64,000 nucleotides of DNA from Mizuhopecten yessoensis. Lineage: Eukaryota. The notes under the pieces are model-generated. The model was not told the DNA's origin and did no database searches. It saw only the letters and a list, made by a program, of their open reading frames with translations. Below, one piece after another: positions 1 through 14,700 of the stretch (its first letter is position 1; each line of letters starts with the position of its first letter). Where the stretch lies: contig NW_018403686.1 of NCBI RefSeq assembly GCF_002113885.1, positions 459,961 through 523,960 of the forward strand. The letters run 5' to 3'. Made by a program: the position numbers and the translations under genes.

Positions 1-423
1 AGAGATTCCCGCCAAACTGACCAAAGGGTATTATACTAGTTTGACCAATAGAAAAATGGGCAGATATCACATGTACGCCATGTGATATATAAAAATAGAA
101 CAATACAGGTAAGGTGATATATATTAAAAATAGAACTACAGGTAAGTAATCAAATAATCACTCCCTGTAACCTATAACACACACATATCTCTTTTACACA
201 CTCTAAACAATTTGGGCACAAACAAATAGACATGTATACATACAAAGTTATATAAAACAAGATAGTAATCACACTATTACATATATATACTGACTAGTAG
301 CTTGGCTTGTAACATGTATTTATTAATTCAAACCTGGCTTATGTACAAGTACATAAGCCTCAATAATATATATTAGTCATCCCGCTGAAAATGGGAGTAC
401 CGCTGGAGTTTGAACAAGATAAC

Positions 424-500
424 TTTGTTCGGTTTGTTTGGGTGTTACGTCCTATTACATGTAACAGCTCTGGTCATTTAAAGAATGTCATATTTTTGTG
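424..500 (-). mobile_element. SINE/LINE 3' tail fragment
   Basis: Reverse complement TAAATGACCAGAGCTGTT..TAGGACGTAACACCCAAACAAAC, related to the tails at 30805-30846 and 55406-55470. Confidence 0.45.
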
Positions 501-1350
501 GTTGAGGAACGCCTGCGGCCATTATATGGGAAAGCCCACGACCCAGTGGTGAAGGACTAATTGTAGCAGACTATCAGACGCCATAACCCCTCTCCCAACG
601 CGGCCCCCTTTAACGAAATAACTATCGCTGTATGACTCGATAACTATTGCGTTTTAAGATGAAACCCAGCGTGCTGTCATGGTTAAATGATACATTTTAA
701 AGCGATAGTTACAGCGTAAAAACAATATATATATATTTCTTGTATAACCTAACGGGCTTCTGTACTAAACTTTGTTATCTGAGAGAGGAGCAGACTAACC
801 CCTCACGTTTTGGGAGGTTGGGGGTGTAGGGAATGTTGTGTTCCATACTTATACACACATAACCTTTTCTCAACGCTACAATTACATCATATGATTCTGA
901 TAAACCTCATCATTTGGTCAATTATCTATATGATAAACCTTAAACAATTTTGTGTTCAGGTCTACCGTTACTATATTAGATTATGGATTTGCATATAGAT
1001 ACAGTACACATGTATGAAGCTGTAACATTGTCTTGGTCTTTTACTCTTTTTTTTAACACACAATTTACTTCAAAATTTGTTTTACATGGAGAACGAAAAT
1101 GATCCGTTCCGTCACTTTGGTTTGAACTATGGAAATGGTTATAGGGAGAACAATCCACATGGAATGATACGATAAACAAACGACAGTGTTTTTGGTACTG
1201 ATCAGCATGTTCCAAAATAAGAAGAGGAAATCCTAGCAGAAATAAACATAAACATGTGCTTCAAATACCTTCTTCTTCTGTACGACTGACAAGAATTTGT
1301 CCAAATTTGGTATGAAGCATCCTTGGGTGAAGGGGAACCAATTTTGTAAT

Positions 1351-1882
1351 AAGGATGTACCCTTCTGAGGTTTCAGTCACGTTCAAGTCTCGCTTTGATC
1401 TGGTGTAACGAGTTTTTTTTAATATTTAACAAATTATGATAGGTTTAATAGCAAACACATCTGAAAAACTTGTCAAAAAAATATATGTCTGTTGTGTGCA
1501 AAACATTTATTACAAGAATTTGAAAAAAATGACCAATTCGGCGGCCATTTTGGAAAAAGTTCAATTTTGCTGTACAACTTTATAATGTTCAATATTGTTA
1601 AAATAATATGCAAAAAAGTGGAAAGTTATATATTATTGGTATTTTTTTTTACATATTAGGGTATGAATTTGTTCTGCAAATAGTCAAAACCCGAAAATTC
1701 ACCTAAAATCAAATATTGTGTTAAATTGATATCTTTGACCGATCATAGCACAAAAACGAACACACAGACATATATATTTTTTTGCATTTTCTACTATTCC
1801 ATTATCTCCTTTTTCCAAAAATCAATATAAGAAAAAAAGTTTAATACAGGAATTTTTTAACTTCTCAGAGATGTACATCCTT
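1351..1882. mobile_element. MITE with ~19-bp TIRs and TTAA-like flanks
   Basis: AAGGATGTACCCTTCTGAG at the left end versus CTCAGAGATGTACATCCTT at the right end; flanks ATAA/TTAA; non-coding. Confidence 0.7.
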
Positions 1883-1884
1883 AA

Positions 1885-2190
1885 TTATACCCCCGCAACG
1901 AAGTAATGGGTATACTGGAATCGCTCTGTCAGGATGTCTGGGTGTCTGTCTGTCGTCCACAGTAATTTGTCCGGATAACTCCTCCTTACCTAACAGGTGG
2001 ATTTCATTGAAACTTTGCATGAATAATCGATATCTTATGTTGTAGTGCACCGGCATTTTAATTTGGGATTTCGACCTTTTTTGATGGGGTTATGCCCCTT
2101 TGTGCGAAATACTTGTCCGCGCAACTTCTCCTTAACTAACAGGTGGATATCATTGAGACTTTGCATGAATGATCGGTATCGTTTTCTTCT
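1885..2190 (+). mobile_element. HINE/Helentron-like non-autonomous element, 5' part
   Basis: TTATACCCCCGC..GGGTATA head hairpin, GTCT/GTCC microsatellite, then two ~150-bp related repeats (TTGTCCG..AACTTCTCC..AACAGGTGGAT..TTTGCATGAAT). Confidence 0.55.
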
Positions 2191-2399
2191 TTTTTTTAGG
2201 TTCAAATTGAATTTTATTCCCCAAGCATCTTTTTGAGGAATGCCAGGGTTGGGGTGCCCCGGGATCATCCCTCTTACATAAAATAGCCTCATGCAAACGG
2301 CCTCTTTCTCTTCATTCTCTATTTCTTTTTCATTTCATCTTTCAAACTCAGAATCATTCATTCTTTCATACTCAAACTCAAAATCATTTATTCTTTCAT

Positions 2400-4336
2400 A
2401 CGTATATTTCATTCATTACCATAACAAAAATATTTCGTTGATTAAAATGATTTTTTAAATTACATCAACCATTCCTTTATATATTCAAATATTGAAAGTA
2501 CTTTTATATTTATAAATTCATTTGCATGCCAAAAATTCTGTTTTATTGATTTGGGATTGCCATATTTTCCTAAAATTTAGACAAGATAAAACCGAATTCA
2601 TGTACTTTGAATGATGTTGTTTTTAATGTGTAATTTGGAATAACTTAAGAAGGAATGTCTGGGGAAAATAAAAAAAATGGTCAAATACTAATGTACCTAC
2701 CAATTTAGACCTATATGCATTGACACAAAAACATAAACAGTGTACAATTATGTGAAATTTAACTACAAATTATGTATTCATAAATAAAGTATACACACTC
2801 GAAATGACATAAATATTGCTTGAGTCATACATATATACCACACATGATTGTACATATACTCGTAACCTTACACATACATCCTTGCATGCCTACCAGCATA
2901 TAGACATTGTAAACATTATTTATATTAAGACATTGATATTTGGATACATCCATCCTTTCTATTACAATAAATAATTATATATTTACCATGCCATTTGGGT
3001 CTACACATACACATAAAACAATAAACATACTTATCAACATAACACATACACAAGACAAATATAATACACACATGTACGCCTGTTATTTACTTAAATATCA
3101 AACAATCTTTCTTCATGTTTTAATTAATTCTTTACGGGTTGTAAGTTAACCCGGATATGCAATTAATGTTAAATTTGTTTTTCTCAAATATTAAGGGGAG
3201 ACCACTTTTGGTTAAACTTGTTCATTGTGTCATTCAAAGATGACATCTTTTTTCAATCTGTTATTGTTGAATAATACGTCTTTTTCCATCATTGAAAGAC
3301 GGTTCAATATTTTTGAATCGACATGTATAGACATAATATTGAATAATCAGTATGAGATAGTTTATGATAGGAGGACCCTTTTCACAAAAACAAATAACAT
3401 ATCCTTGATATTCATCTGATAAATAATGATAATATTGGTATTCAAGTCATTTACCAAAGCTATTAAATAATTCCATATATCATTTATTTTCACACTGTTA
3501 AAAAATAAGTGTTCAATTGATTCTGGTGCATCTCTACAAAAAGTACATAGATCCTCATCCTTAACATTATTTTGGTAAAGAAAACTGTTTGTTGTTAATA
3601 TTCTATGAAGAATCTTAAATTGTAGATTTTAAAGCTTTGTGTCAATTGTCACCAGAAAGCTTGTTAAATACATTTTCTACCAACCTATATCATCATTTTA
3701 ATTTGTATTTAACTTTCTATTCCATTGTTCCTGCCTTTCAACTAGATAATGTTTGTAGTTAGCAACAATCGCGTTATAACCATGTCTAAGATCTTTAGCT
3801 TGAAGGTGTCTTCTACAAAAATTACTGTTTTCTGATGGATTGTTGATCAATTGTTGTTGTCGTATTATGTTTAACTTTTCTCTAAGAATGTGATCTATTA
3901 CTGAAAAATATTGTAAAAAATATCATTTCTCAAATTTAGTCTTAATATCATTCAATGACAAAAAACTGATAATTATTGTTCAACAAGTCCTTAACTGTCT
4001 TTACCCCATTCCTTTCATATTCAATACATTGTTTGAAACTAGGAACTGGTATGTAATTCAAATGACCATCGCCAAGAAAACCTGATTCTTCATTATTATC
4101 ATCTTTATATTATTTTCATGCTAAAATAACATCTTTCCAGAAAACATTAGTTATAATTTTTCGATATTTCCTCCAGATTTGTTTTTTCATATTCCATAAC
4201 CTCTCCCCTCCAGAATTTACTAAAATTAGATTTTGCTAAACTTTGCCAATCCAAATTTGCATCATATAACCTTTTCACCCACTAAATTTTCAGGTATTTC
4301 ATAAAAGTTTCAATTTGTATCATCTTTAGACCTTTG
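2400..4336 (-). mobile_element. L1/Tx1-group LINE 3' fragment (post-RT region, zf-RVT, 3'UTR)
   Basis: Minus-strand translation GLKMIQIETFMKYLKI*WVKR and QFKILHRILTTNSFL..LCTFCRDAPESIEHLF; the ORF ends KWSPLNI* near 3185; the 3' boundary is approximate. Confidence 0.8.
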
Positions 4337-4344
4337 GCTTACAG

Positions 4345-4754
4345 TTCTAGTTTAGTCTGGAGCATCCTTGGGCCAAGAGGAGTCAATTTTGTATTAGCAG
4401 TTGGTGTGGTATCCCAGAGGGCAAAAGGCTGGGGCCCAATAGGAGAAATAGAAGTAAAACCTTTAAAATCCTTCTTCGACCATCGGGATTACGGGATTTT
4501 ATCCTTATTTAGTCTGGAGCATCCTTTAAGCCAAGGGGACTCAATCTTGTATAAACGTTGGGTATGACCCCCTAAGGGCATAGGGATGGGGCTCTGTTTG
4601 AAGTTTGTTCTCGGCAAATCTCAAGTACTGGATGGATCTTTCTGAAATTTCATATGTACTTACAGCACCTACCATGGAGTGCTATATCTTTACTTCATAC
4701 CAATTATTTTAAACATATTAAGGTGAGCGATACAGGCCCTTTTGGCCTCTTGTT
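4345..4754 (+). mobile_element. HINE/Helentron-like element, 3' part
   Basis: Repeated GGAGCATCCTT units; ends AGGTGAGCGATACAGGCC..GGCCTCTTGTT, the same family as the end at 43776-43809. Confidence 0.65.
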
Positions 4755-5679
4755 GCACAATGTTATGGAAATACAAATATCTTGGATGTCATTATAATTG
4801 TTTTTCAAAATAAAGTTCTCTAAACCAAAAGGTTAACACGTTTATTTAACATTGACTGTTTACCACGTAGTACTTCATACATGTAATACTAGAGTTTGAA
4901 CCCATTATCAGGGATAACAAACAATCAAAACTTCAGTTCACACTGTTTTAATATTCCTTCAACAATTCTGAATAACCCTATACAAAAGCCAATAAACTGT
5001 GATAATTTTGTTGTCTTTATGCTATGTTTGGCGATTGTGGACATGGCTTCGTCACCAAAAGGTTACCTCCCAAAATTGGGATTGGGGCCACCTCAATTAA
5101 AATAAATAAATGTGTGACAAGATCTGCCAATAAGCTATATAAAGACATGACTCTGTGGTCAGCCGTCATTTTGAATAGCTGTAATTTAAAGAAAAATAAA
5201 CACTACATACTTATTATTGCTGGTGGCAACCTCGAACCCGCCACATGGCAAGGACCACACATAGAACTTTAGTGCATGCTTTGGTTCCTACAGTTGTATC
5301 TGGTACTTGGCGCCGCCACCAGAAATTATCTCATTCCAGATTTTAGCAAAACTGCAAATTGACTTGTAACACTAAACTACTTTCAATAAATGTGAAAAAA
5401 CTTTTTAGTGGGCATAGTTTGGCCAGAAATTAACCACCTGTTCATGTCAAAATAGCAAGGATTACTCGCTCATAACCACAAAATTTAGCAATTGATTTTA
5501 ATTTAGGAAAATCCCCGCATTAACAAACAAATTTTCAAAATCGCAGGAAAATTACTACCTACATTTTAATAATCATTATCATAACTGTATTATCGGTGTC
5601 CATTACATCCAGTTTTAATCTGTGGGATAGTATCAAACCAATGATTCGATGCCTTAAATATAATTCGTTTTTTGCAGAC

Positions 5680-5781
5680 ATGACTTCGAAAAGGGCTCAA
5701 AACTCCACGAAAGAAAGTGTCCTTCTATTCAACACCAAAAAAGTAGCGGCTTACCGTTACGATCATGTTACAAATCCGCGG
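5680..5781 (+). CDS. ACCS-like A exon 1
   Basis: MTSKRAQ...YDHVTNPR; ttgcag acceptor, gtaaca donor. Confidence 0.85.
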
Positions 5782-8700
5782 GTAACAGTGATATTATTTG
5801 TTTTCGATGTATTAATGGTCATTGTTCTAACAGAAATATATCCATGTACAGGGACATTACTTCTCGGGGACGAAATTTAATGATGTTTAGAGGGTAACTG
5901 TTGTGAGAACATATCAATTTAGATAGGCATTTTTAAATAAAGGATATTGATCAATGAGTTTGCTTAAGGCATTAGATAAATGTATTTACGTAAATAAATA
6001 AATGTAATTGTTTTTTTAACATGATAAGTTAAAATTATCAAAATAATAAATTAAGACATTTTATATATTAGTTTGAATACAGCTTTATCGATTTCGTCTA
6101 AACTAACGTCGTTAGCCATTTTTTTCACACGAAGGGATACATTGATCTTGGTTTAGCAGAAAACAAGTTATGTGAAGACCTATGGCTAAAAAAGGTAAGT
6201 TTTCGTCCAAAGGTAGTCTTGTATAAACTAAATATTAACTTTAAACGTGGTTTGAAGTACAGAATGCAATACTTTCAGTGACAACAGGAAAGAAAGTAAA
6301 GCAGGCAAAATTTTAGAGCACGTCATTCTTTAGATAACCTGTAAATAGTAGGTGCTATATAAATACGTTAATGGAAGTTATAATACCGCGATTAGAGAGT
6401 TTCGTATATTTGTGATTGCGTCTGTTTGACATATGATACAGATATATGTTTGCAACAGTGTCATTTGAATGTTATAGATTGCTGAGATATCACGGTCAAC
6501 TGACTGTGTGAGCAAAGACGTTCTTTACTATTACAACCCTTGTGGATTGTACCGGTAAGTTCATATTATTTTTTTCAATTCAAAAACAGCACCGTGTAAT
6601 AAATCCTGATGTAACTTATCCAACAACATATATATGGTTTATACATGTATGTATATTTATTCATCAACTTTATACGAGCTAGACACGTATTAGTGATACA
6701 AAGCATGCTCTTTATTTATATTGTAGACAACATAACATATAGATTAGTATACTGTTTTTTATATATTGGAGACGAATATGAAACAAGTAATATGGACATA
6801 TGATATTCTTTAATGACGTATGTCTCAACAAATCAGCAAATATTTGATTTTTTTAACTTTCTATCTAAATGTGTATTTTGGTTAACTATTGTGTAAGTAC
6901 TGTATGAAATAGGTTACATTTTACATTGTTAAAGAGTAAGGAAAACCTTCAGCAAGTTCATAGAGGAACACTTCAAAAGCACGATAAGAATCAAAGAGGA
7001 AAACGTAAGTTTGTCAAAAATTATAAATCAAATAGTACATCATCGGTCGGTAACATGTCAATCATTACAAGATTCACAACATTGATTGTGTTGATTTTCA
7101 AAACAAATCTAAAAATATGACGTGTAAAGGTAGAATAAATTACGTTGGTGGCGTTAACTGCCAAATTGAATTGTATTCTACTTTAATAAATGTAACTGAT
7201 AATCAACCTAACTCCATACTCATCGTTGTTTAGTGTGGCTTAATGTTGCTGATACGTCATTGTTTTAGTCTGCTGCAGTCACTCGGAGATCTGGTACATT
7301 TGTACCTCTTGCTTGTTTTTACAGTGGCTCGGAATAAAGGAAATGTGACCAAAGCCTCTCGAATACGCATGGGGAATATGGTATTTTTATTTCTCTGTCA
7401 CGTCATCAATATAATCCAATCAGGCACGCTGTGGTATATATAGGGTTTGATGATAAGGCTTCCCGCTAACAATACTCGAAAATATTCCGTACGTTTTATC
7501 GTACATACGATTATTGTACGTTTAAATAGTAGGTAAGGCTTCCCGCTAACAATACTCGAAAATGTTCCATACGTTTTATCGTACATACGATTATTGTACG
7601 TTTAGATAGTAGGTAAACTAAATACCTTAACAAAAAGCTGTTGATTTCAGATCATACTTTTGGATGGAGTGGCAGCAACACTGAATGCACTGGCATTTGC
7701 TCTGGCAGATGTTGGAGGTATGACGAGCATCAAGCTATCAAGCCTATCTTTCTATGTCGTTATGCTATTTGATCTCGTTCAGACGTTTTCTGCGTTTGAT
7801 ATGGCACCCGCCCTACTGTAGATCAATATTAATTTATTATACTTAATAATATAAGTCGGATGTATACATGATTACAAGTTCTGAATGATAAAGGAAATGC
7901 AGTTAGGTTTCGCAATTCATATTATTTACTGACAGATATTTACTGACAGAACATCAATAAATATCTGAAAATAAAACTAAGATGGTCAGATGAATATATG
8001 ATCTCCGTTCTGAAAAAGCCCCTGTTAAAATCACGCTTAAATAAAATATAAAAAAGCAGATACCCTACCTGAAATTGTTTCAATATGAAATATACGGTAA
8101 TTTTAAAATAAATAGAGCTCAAGCCCGGTTGCTAAAATGCTATTTGACTTTAACCAGTAGTTAGCGAAAACTTCAATTTTGCGTCAATGGGAAATTAGGG
8201 CTTTTAATTGAGGCCTGTACTTAAATGTGTTGGAATTGTCAGAAAAGAAATATAAATGTTTTTCATGATTCTTTCTGGAGTTATATAAACAATTATTAGG
8301 ACTTATAAATGGTGCTATAAAATATAACAATTCTTAATAAAGTGTAACAAACAAAATAACGAATACAATAATTTGCATCATTAATAATGATAAAACATGA
8401 ATATTTTACTTTAGTTAGTATACCTATGCGGTATGGATGTTGCACTAATTGGGAATTTAACCAAATAATTTGACAGAGGCTATGAGTATGCCAGGTGTTT
8501 TTTTTGTTATAAATAAAGCACATAGTTTAAATAGCCTTAAAGCGATAGTTAGTATCAAATTGATGCAGGGTGCGTTGGATAAGGATCCCACTTATATGAG
8601 GCATGTATTCGTTTGACAGATGTTTTCCTGTGCCCTACCCCGGCGTACATAAATCTTAAATACGACATGTTAGACATAGGTGGAGTAGACATCTACGAGG

Positions 8701-11700
8701 TACCAATGTTTGACGTAAGTCGAAATATTGTCTTCAATCATTGGTTGTTTATAGCACACGTTTAAACATATATTATAGCAGATTTAGAACTTTGATAATC
8801 TAAACTAGGTTTACTTACTTTGAGGCTAATTGCACAGGTGCATCTATTCAACATGTTCCAATTCATTTTTGTAATTAACGAATGTTGTTTATAGTCATAC
8901 CGTAGTATATGTTTTGAATTTTGATATCACTTTTCCAAATACAGAGATACTGTTTACAAAGTAAATGTAGATTATATAGATACGTAGGCTACAATAACAA
9001 AGCTTTTTTTTCGTTGATTTTAAAGCATAGAACTGATAATTTCAGGAGGAATGTTCGGCTGATCCATGTAAAATGCGTACAGACCTGTTGGGTTCATACT
9101 TGCAAAGAGCGAAACAAGAAGTAAGGAGGAAGTGTTATAATTAATTGTAGCCTCGGGATGTTGTCAACTTTTATAGTGTCTTCAACTCATCAATTCTAAA
9201 CTGGATCTTTTGACTTTATGTTGCAAACAAAAACAAGAACATCCAACAAAGGGGTCATTTACCATCATTATCGTGGTATAGACATATAAAACACAGGTGT
9301 TATAACGCACTTTATTTTTTTAATGTTTAACAATATACTGCAATTCAATACATTTTCGAAGTATCACAACGCAATATCATCCTTCTTCTGAGACATAATA
9401 CAAAAGCTATTTATATCCAATTATCATATACCGTTATCTGTAATCGATACCTTAATTTCAAATGTTTTTTTTTTCAATTATGTTTATTATATAATGTAAT
9501 CATCTGTTTTGTTGTAGGGTTTTAATGTCCGTGGAGTGATCTTAACTAGTCCAAGTAACCCTACGGGTAAAGTATATACCCCTCACGAACTTGCTGATTT
9601 GATGGAGTTCTGCAAACGGTAACTACTTTGCTTTTATGATGACTTCATCATTTCTGTTCTTGGTCTGCATTACAGTTTCATACAAATACGTTATTTGTTT
9701 ACTGACAGAGAGGACCTCCACGTCATATTTGATGAAATATATGCTTTGTCGACACAAGGTCAAGATTGTTTTACAAGTGTTTTGTCTATGCCCATTCCTG
9801 ATCCAGACAAGACTCACTTCATTTGGGGTTTAAGTAAGGTAATATATAAGAAATAGAAATATATAATTATTGATCCAAATGATATAAAATATAACGTTGT
9901 TTTAAACACATTTCATGTACAATAATGAATAGCAATTCATGCGTTCATGACTTACCGAAATTTAGCAAGTATTGTTATAAAAGAATAAACATCGGAAAAA
10001 TGTAGAGATGAAGCACCTGTTATAAAAAATTCAAGCAGAATAGCCAAACAAAGTCAACCTTGTTTCTGCGCCATATTAACAATTTCTCCGCTTTTGTGTT
10101 CATAATAATGAAACTCTTTTCCCAAAAAATATTTTTTTAACATATGTATAAATACAGAGAAAGAGATTTAATTCCTTAACACCACATAACATGGCACATT
10201 TATTAACATTTGGCCAATATGTCATGGACACATTGACAGAAAAAAATCCAAGACAGTCTATTTGAGTTAAAATAATCACTAGACATATGAAGTAAGAAAA
10301 TACCTGTTTAAAAAAAAAAATATATAGCTATCTGATATAAAGAAGAGTTTATATTTTCATGTTTCACGTTTCCTAGGATTTTGGATTATCAGGATTTCGA
10401 TGTGGTGTTGTGTATTCCCATGATGTGAGGGTCATCAATCACCTGAAGAAGATGGCAATGTTTTGTTCCATACCTGCCCCTACACAAATGTTGATCAATG
10501 GCATTCTGTCCGACACAGGTACTCCATATTAAACACCTAACCTGAATTCATAGCAAACACATAGAGCAATGCATACCAAACACTCAATCGTAATATGAAA
10601 GACAAACTAGGACAAAACAAGAGGCCCGACGGACCTGCAGCGCCCATCTGGTATTTATCTCTTACTCGTAACCTTAAAAATGATCTAAGATAAGGCTACA
10701 GGCAAAATATAAGTATTTATGACTATACGTCATTAAAAAATCTATTAAAAGATTTAAAAACATTTGACCTCTGTGATCTTGAAAGTCGAACAAGGTCATT
10801 ATGTTGAACAAATTGTATAGCCCGCATGCAACTTGCAAAATATCAACACCCTAGACCTTTACTTCATTGAGATTAGGTCATTTACATTTTTATACATATT
10901 TGACTAAACAAGACAATTCGGCGAATTATAATTCCCCCACCGATTGTGAACTGCACAGATGATAAGTTCGTGCGGGAACTATTTCTATATATGAATGTTT
11001 GACACACCCTCAGTGTCAGTGACCTGGTCAAAACAGAGTGACATACTTTGATATACGACACACCGCCTCACAAAACGAACCCATACTCCGAGTATAAAGT
11101 TCCAGTGACTAGTAGTGTAGGAGATCCAACCCGGACAAACTTTCTTTCATGCAGGTCAAAGGTCTAAATGTAGGTCAGAGAGACCTACTTTTGATACTCG
11201 ATACTCCAAGATGAGCCCATACCCCAAGTATGAAGTTCCATTACCTAGTAGTGAAGGATAAAGAGCCCGGACAATTTTTTTCTTTGATGAAGGTCAAAGG
11301 TCAAAACGTAGGTCAGAGTTAGTTTATCAGAAGTAGTAGTTTAAAGATTTAAAACAGATTTGACCCCTGTGAACTAGAATACAAATCAAGGTCATTGCTT
11401 TCAACAAAATTGATAGCCCTTCATACCAGTATGCTACTGGCCAAATATCAAATATCTGGGTTGTCTAAGTCGTTTAAAAGTTTTTTATTCATATTTGACC
11501 CTTGTGACCTTGAATATGATTCAAGGTCATTCATTTGAACAAACTTGGTAGAATTCATCCCAGCATGCTCCTGACCAAATATTAACATCCTTGTCCTTTT
11601 AGTTATTCAGAAGAGGTTTTAAATTACTTTTTTTAGACAATTGACCCCTGTGACCTTGAATATGAGTTAAGGTCATTCATTTGAACAAACATAGTAGCCT

Positions 11701-14700
11701 TTCATCCCAGCACGCTACTGTCCAAATATCATCACCCTGGTTTTTTTATAATTCAGAAGAAGTTGTTTAAAGATTTGAGCATATTTGACCCCTCTGACCT
11801 TGAATATGGGTGATGGTCATTCATTGAACAAACTTGGTAGCTCTTCATCCAAGTTTGCTTCTGGCCAAATACCATCACCCTAGGCCTTTTGGTTATAAAG
11901 AAGAAGTTGTTTAAAGTAAAATATTGACTCTGGACAACGGACGGACGCCGCGCCACGGCATTAGCTCACTTGGTTCTTCGATCCAGGTGAGCTAAAAACA
12001 CTACGGTAATGCATATCCTACTTTAGAAACGAAGGTAGAATAGGTGTGGAAACAAGACCTACCACAGACGCCACACTAACACGATGGACAGAATAGGAGC
12101 AGACGAAAGGAGAAAACACATTCAGCATAATAGTACAGAAATGAAATAATTATTTGTTTTTAAAACAAAAATATATCAATAAATTACTTTGTATTACACA
12201 CTGTTAAAGTTGTGGGATCGCACAACGTTACACGATGTGCGGTGTGCGCACGATGTGTGAACGGTGTCTGAACGATGTGTGCACGAAGTGCGAACGATCA
12301 AAAATTTGACGATCATTGCTTGCGCACATTTGTGCGGACGATCGACGAACGTCGTGCGATAACAATCGTGGTTTGTGTAAATTGAGGAATGGCTTAACAA
12401 TATATACGGTTTCGTGTTTAAACATATACACTTGATTTTTTAGTATGTTTCTATATTCAAGCTACATCTATAAGCTGATCTTTCTGTCTATACTTTCTTC
12501 AATATAGAAATGGTGTTTTCGGTTTGTCGACCTTAATCGACACATGCAAAATTACAACACAGTCTCGGCAACACAGGTAAACATAGCCACTTTCTACCTG
12601 GACCGTAGTTTTCCCCCCGCCCGGGGCACTTACGGAAATCGCCAAGGAGTGAAAACCAGGTGAAAGGGAGCTATAGACCAAAACGAATGCAAATAACAAA
12701 TATTAAACGTCCAGTTGTGTTTTCAGAACGGTCATACGGTATCAAGTGTCAGGCAAAGGCCAGGTAAAACTCCGGTCACTCATCAAATTGTTATTTACCT
12801 GTTCTCTTACGAGGAGCCAAACCCATTCTTGACAGTCTAACGGTCACTGTATACTGTGTAACACGTTTTGGTATCTTGTACATAATCCTAATTATTGTGA
12901 TGAGAAATTACAGTTATATATACAGTGTACATTATTGCATACGAGCCTTCCGTATTGTTTTCATTCCGTAATATTGATCAACAAATTGTACCATATCGCA
13001 CAGTTGTGCGGAGAGAAGCGCACAACGGGGCGAACGATTGTTTAATCGCACAGTTGTGTGCACCATGTGTGGACGATGTGCGAACGGTGTGTGAACGATG
13101 TATGCACGGAGAGCGCACGGTATTTTTGGTGCGTTGTGCGGTCACACAACTGTACTTTAACACCAAGTAATGCTTGAATGGTATGATAACGTACAAGTGG
13201 TTTTATTACGCCTGCAAGTGACTGATTACATAAGTATCTCTTTTCCAGAATGGCTAAACAACACCTACTTCCCTACCTATTACAACAGAGCAAAGGAGAC
13301 TTATAAACTAGTGAAAGATGTACTGGATGAGTTGAATATTCCTACAGCGTACAGCTGTCGAAATGTGATCTTCTTCTGGATGGATTTATCCCAGGTAGTC
13401 AACGTTATAGTGTTACAAATCAACACATACAAAGCGGTCGTCTATTTACAAATATTTTCTCATCTTATGACAGTACGTCATTGTTGTTCTCAGCCTCTAT
13501 GACAGATACGGCGACTTTCTCCAGTTGCCCTGTTCGTGGACCTAATATGACAAATCACTACTCCATGGCCTGCAGTTATGAATATACGAGGACCTAGTAG
13601 TATCAGAATTTACTTATTTACATGAAAAATACGGTCTTCTGACCAAAAATATTTATGGCTAGCATATTCTACCTTATACGCTTCAATGAGCGTTGATACC
13701 GAACTAGTGTATTGTAAGGTCCAGAGTAATTATTTTTACATCCATTGTCTCTGGCAATTAATTAGTAGTTCACTTTGTGTTTGATCGGTGACGATATGCA
13801 TATTTCATAACGATTAATGCGAGACATCAGGACAAGTGTCACATGTGGAGCAGGAAACGCCAAAAAAACCCGGAGATTTTGTATAGCGTTGTTTTATTTT
13901 GTTTTGTTTTTGTTCTTAACTCACATTAGTTAAAATCGTCTTCTGGGGTCGACTGTGGGTTCAAATGACTATTTTTGCGATTTTCTTTTGTGTTTCCCTT
14001 TAACAACATAGCACAATGAGAACGACATTAAAACAACCATTTATAAGGAAGTCGTATAACATGTTACACGGTTAGTTAGGTACTAAAACACACAATAATC
14101 TATATAAATGAAGTGTGAACATTTCTAGTGGTAACAATATAAAAGTTTTGACTATGAATTCATTTTTTGTAAGTTTTTAAAGGAACGAACGAGTGAGGAG
14201 GAAATGAAACTGTTCAACATGTTTATGGAAGCTGGTCTCTTCGTTTATCCAGGCAAGGAAATGTTTTGTCAGGTCCCAGGCTGGTTTCGTTTGGCCTTCA
14301 CTTTGCCGAAACAATATGTCCAAGAAGGTACTCATTTGATTATATTTTTGTATCAGTAAGTTCTTGGAAAGATATAAGTGGAATTTACATTTCAATAAAT
14401 ATTTATAGAGCATCACATCACATTCTTTATTTTCAGAAGAAAAAGATGACTGATTCATAAAGATAGCGACAATACCCTATCAGAAATAGGCCAAAAGATA
14501 TTTCTTACATTTTTAAAAATAAAGACGTTCCTAAAATAAATTATATGTATCCTGTAATAGCCGTTAAATTGTTACCGTACATCGGACTTGCAAGTTTTAA
14601 CTGTGTGTTCTAGTGAAAATTAATATCCAGAACGAAGCTACTTCGACAATAGTTTTTTTCTGATAGATAATATTTCAAGGGTGACATAAGATATATATTT

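Noticed and set aside
9623-9833. ORF-track peptides MSLVWIRNGH (9623-9817) and MSLVWVRNCH (29392-29595) as a duplicated small gene
   Set aside because: They are antisense shadows of the conserved ACCS-like exon 9
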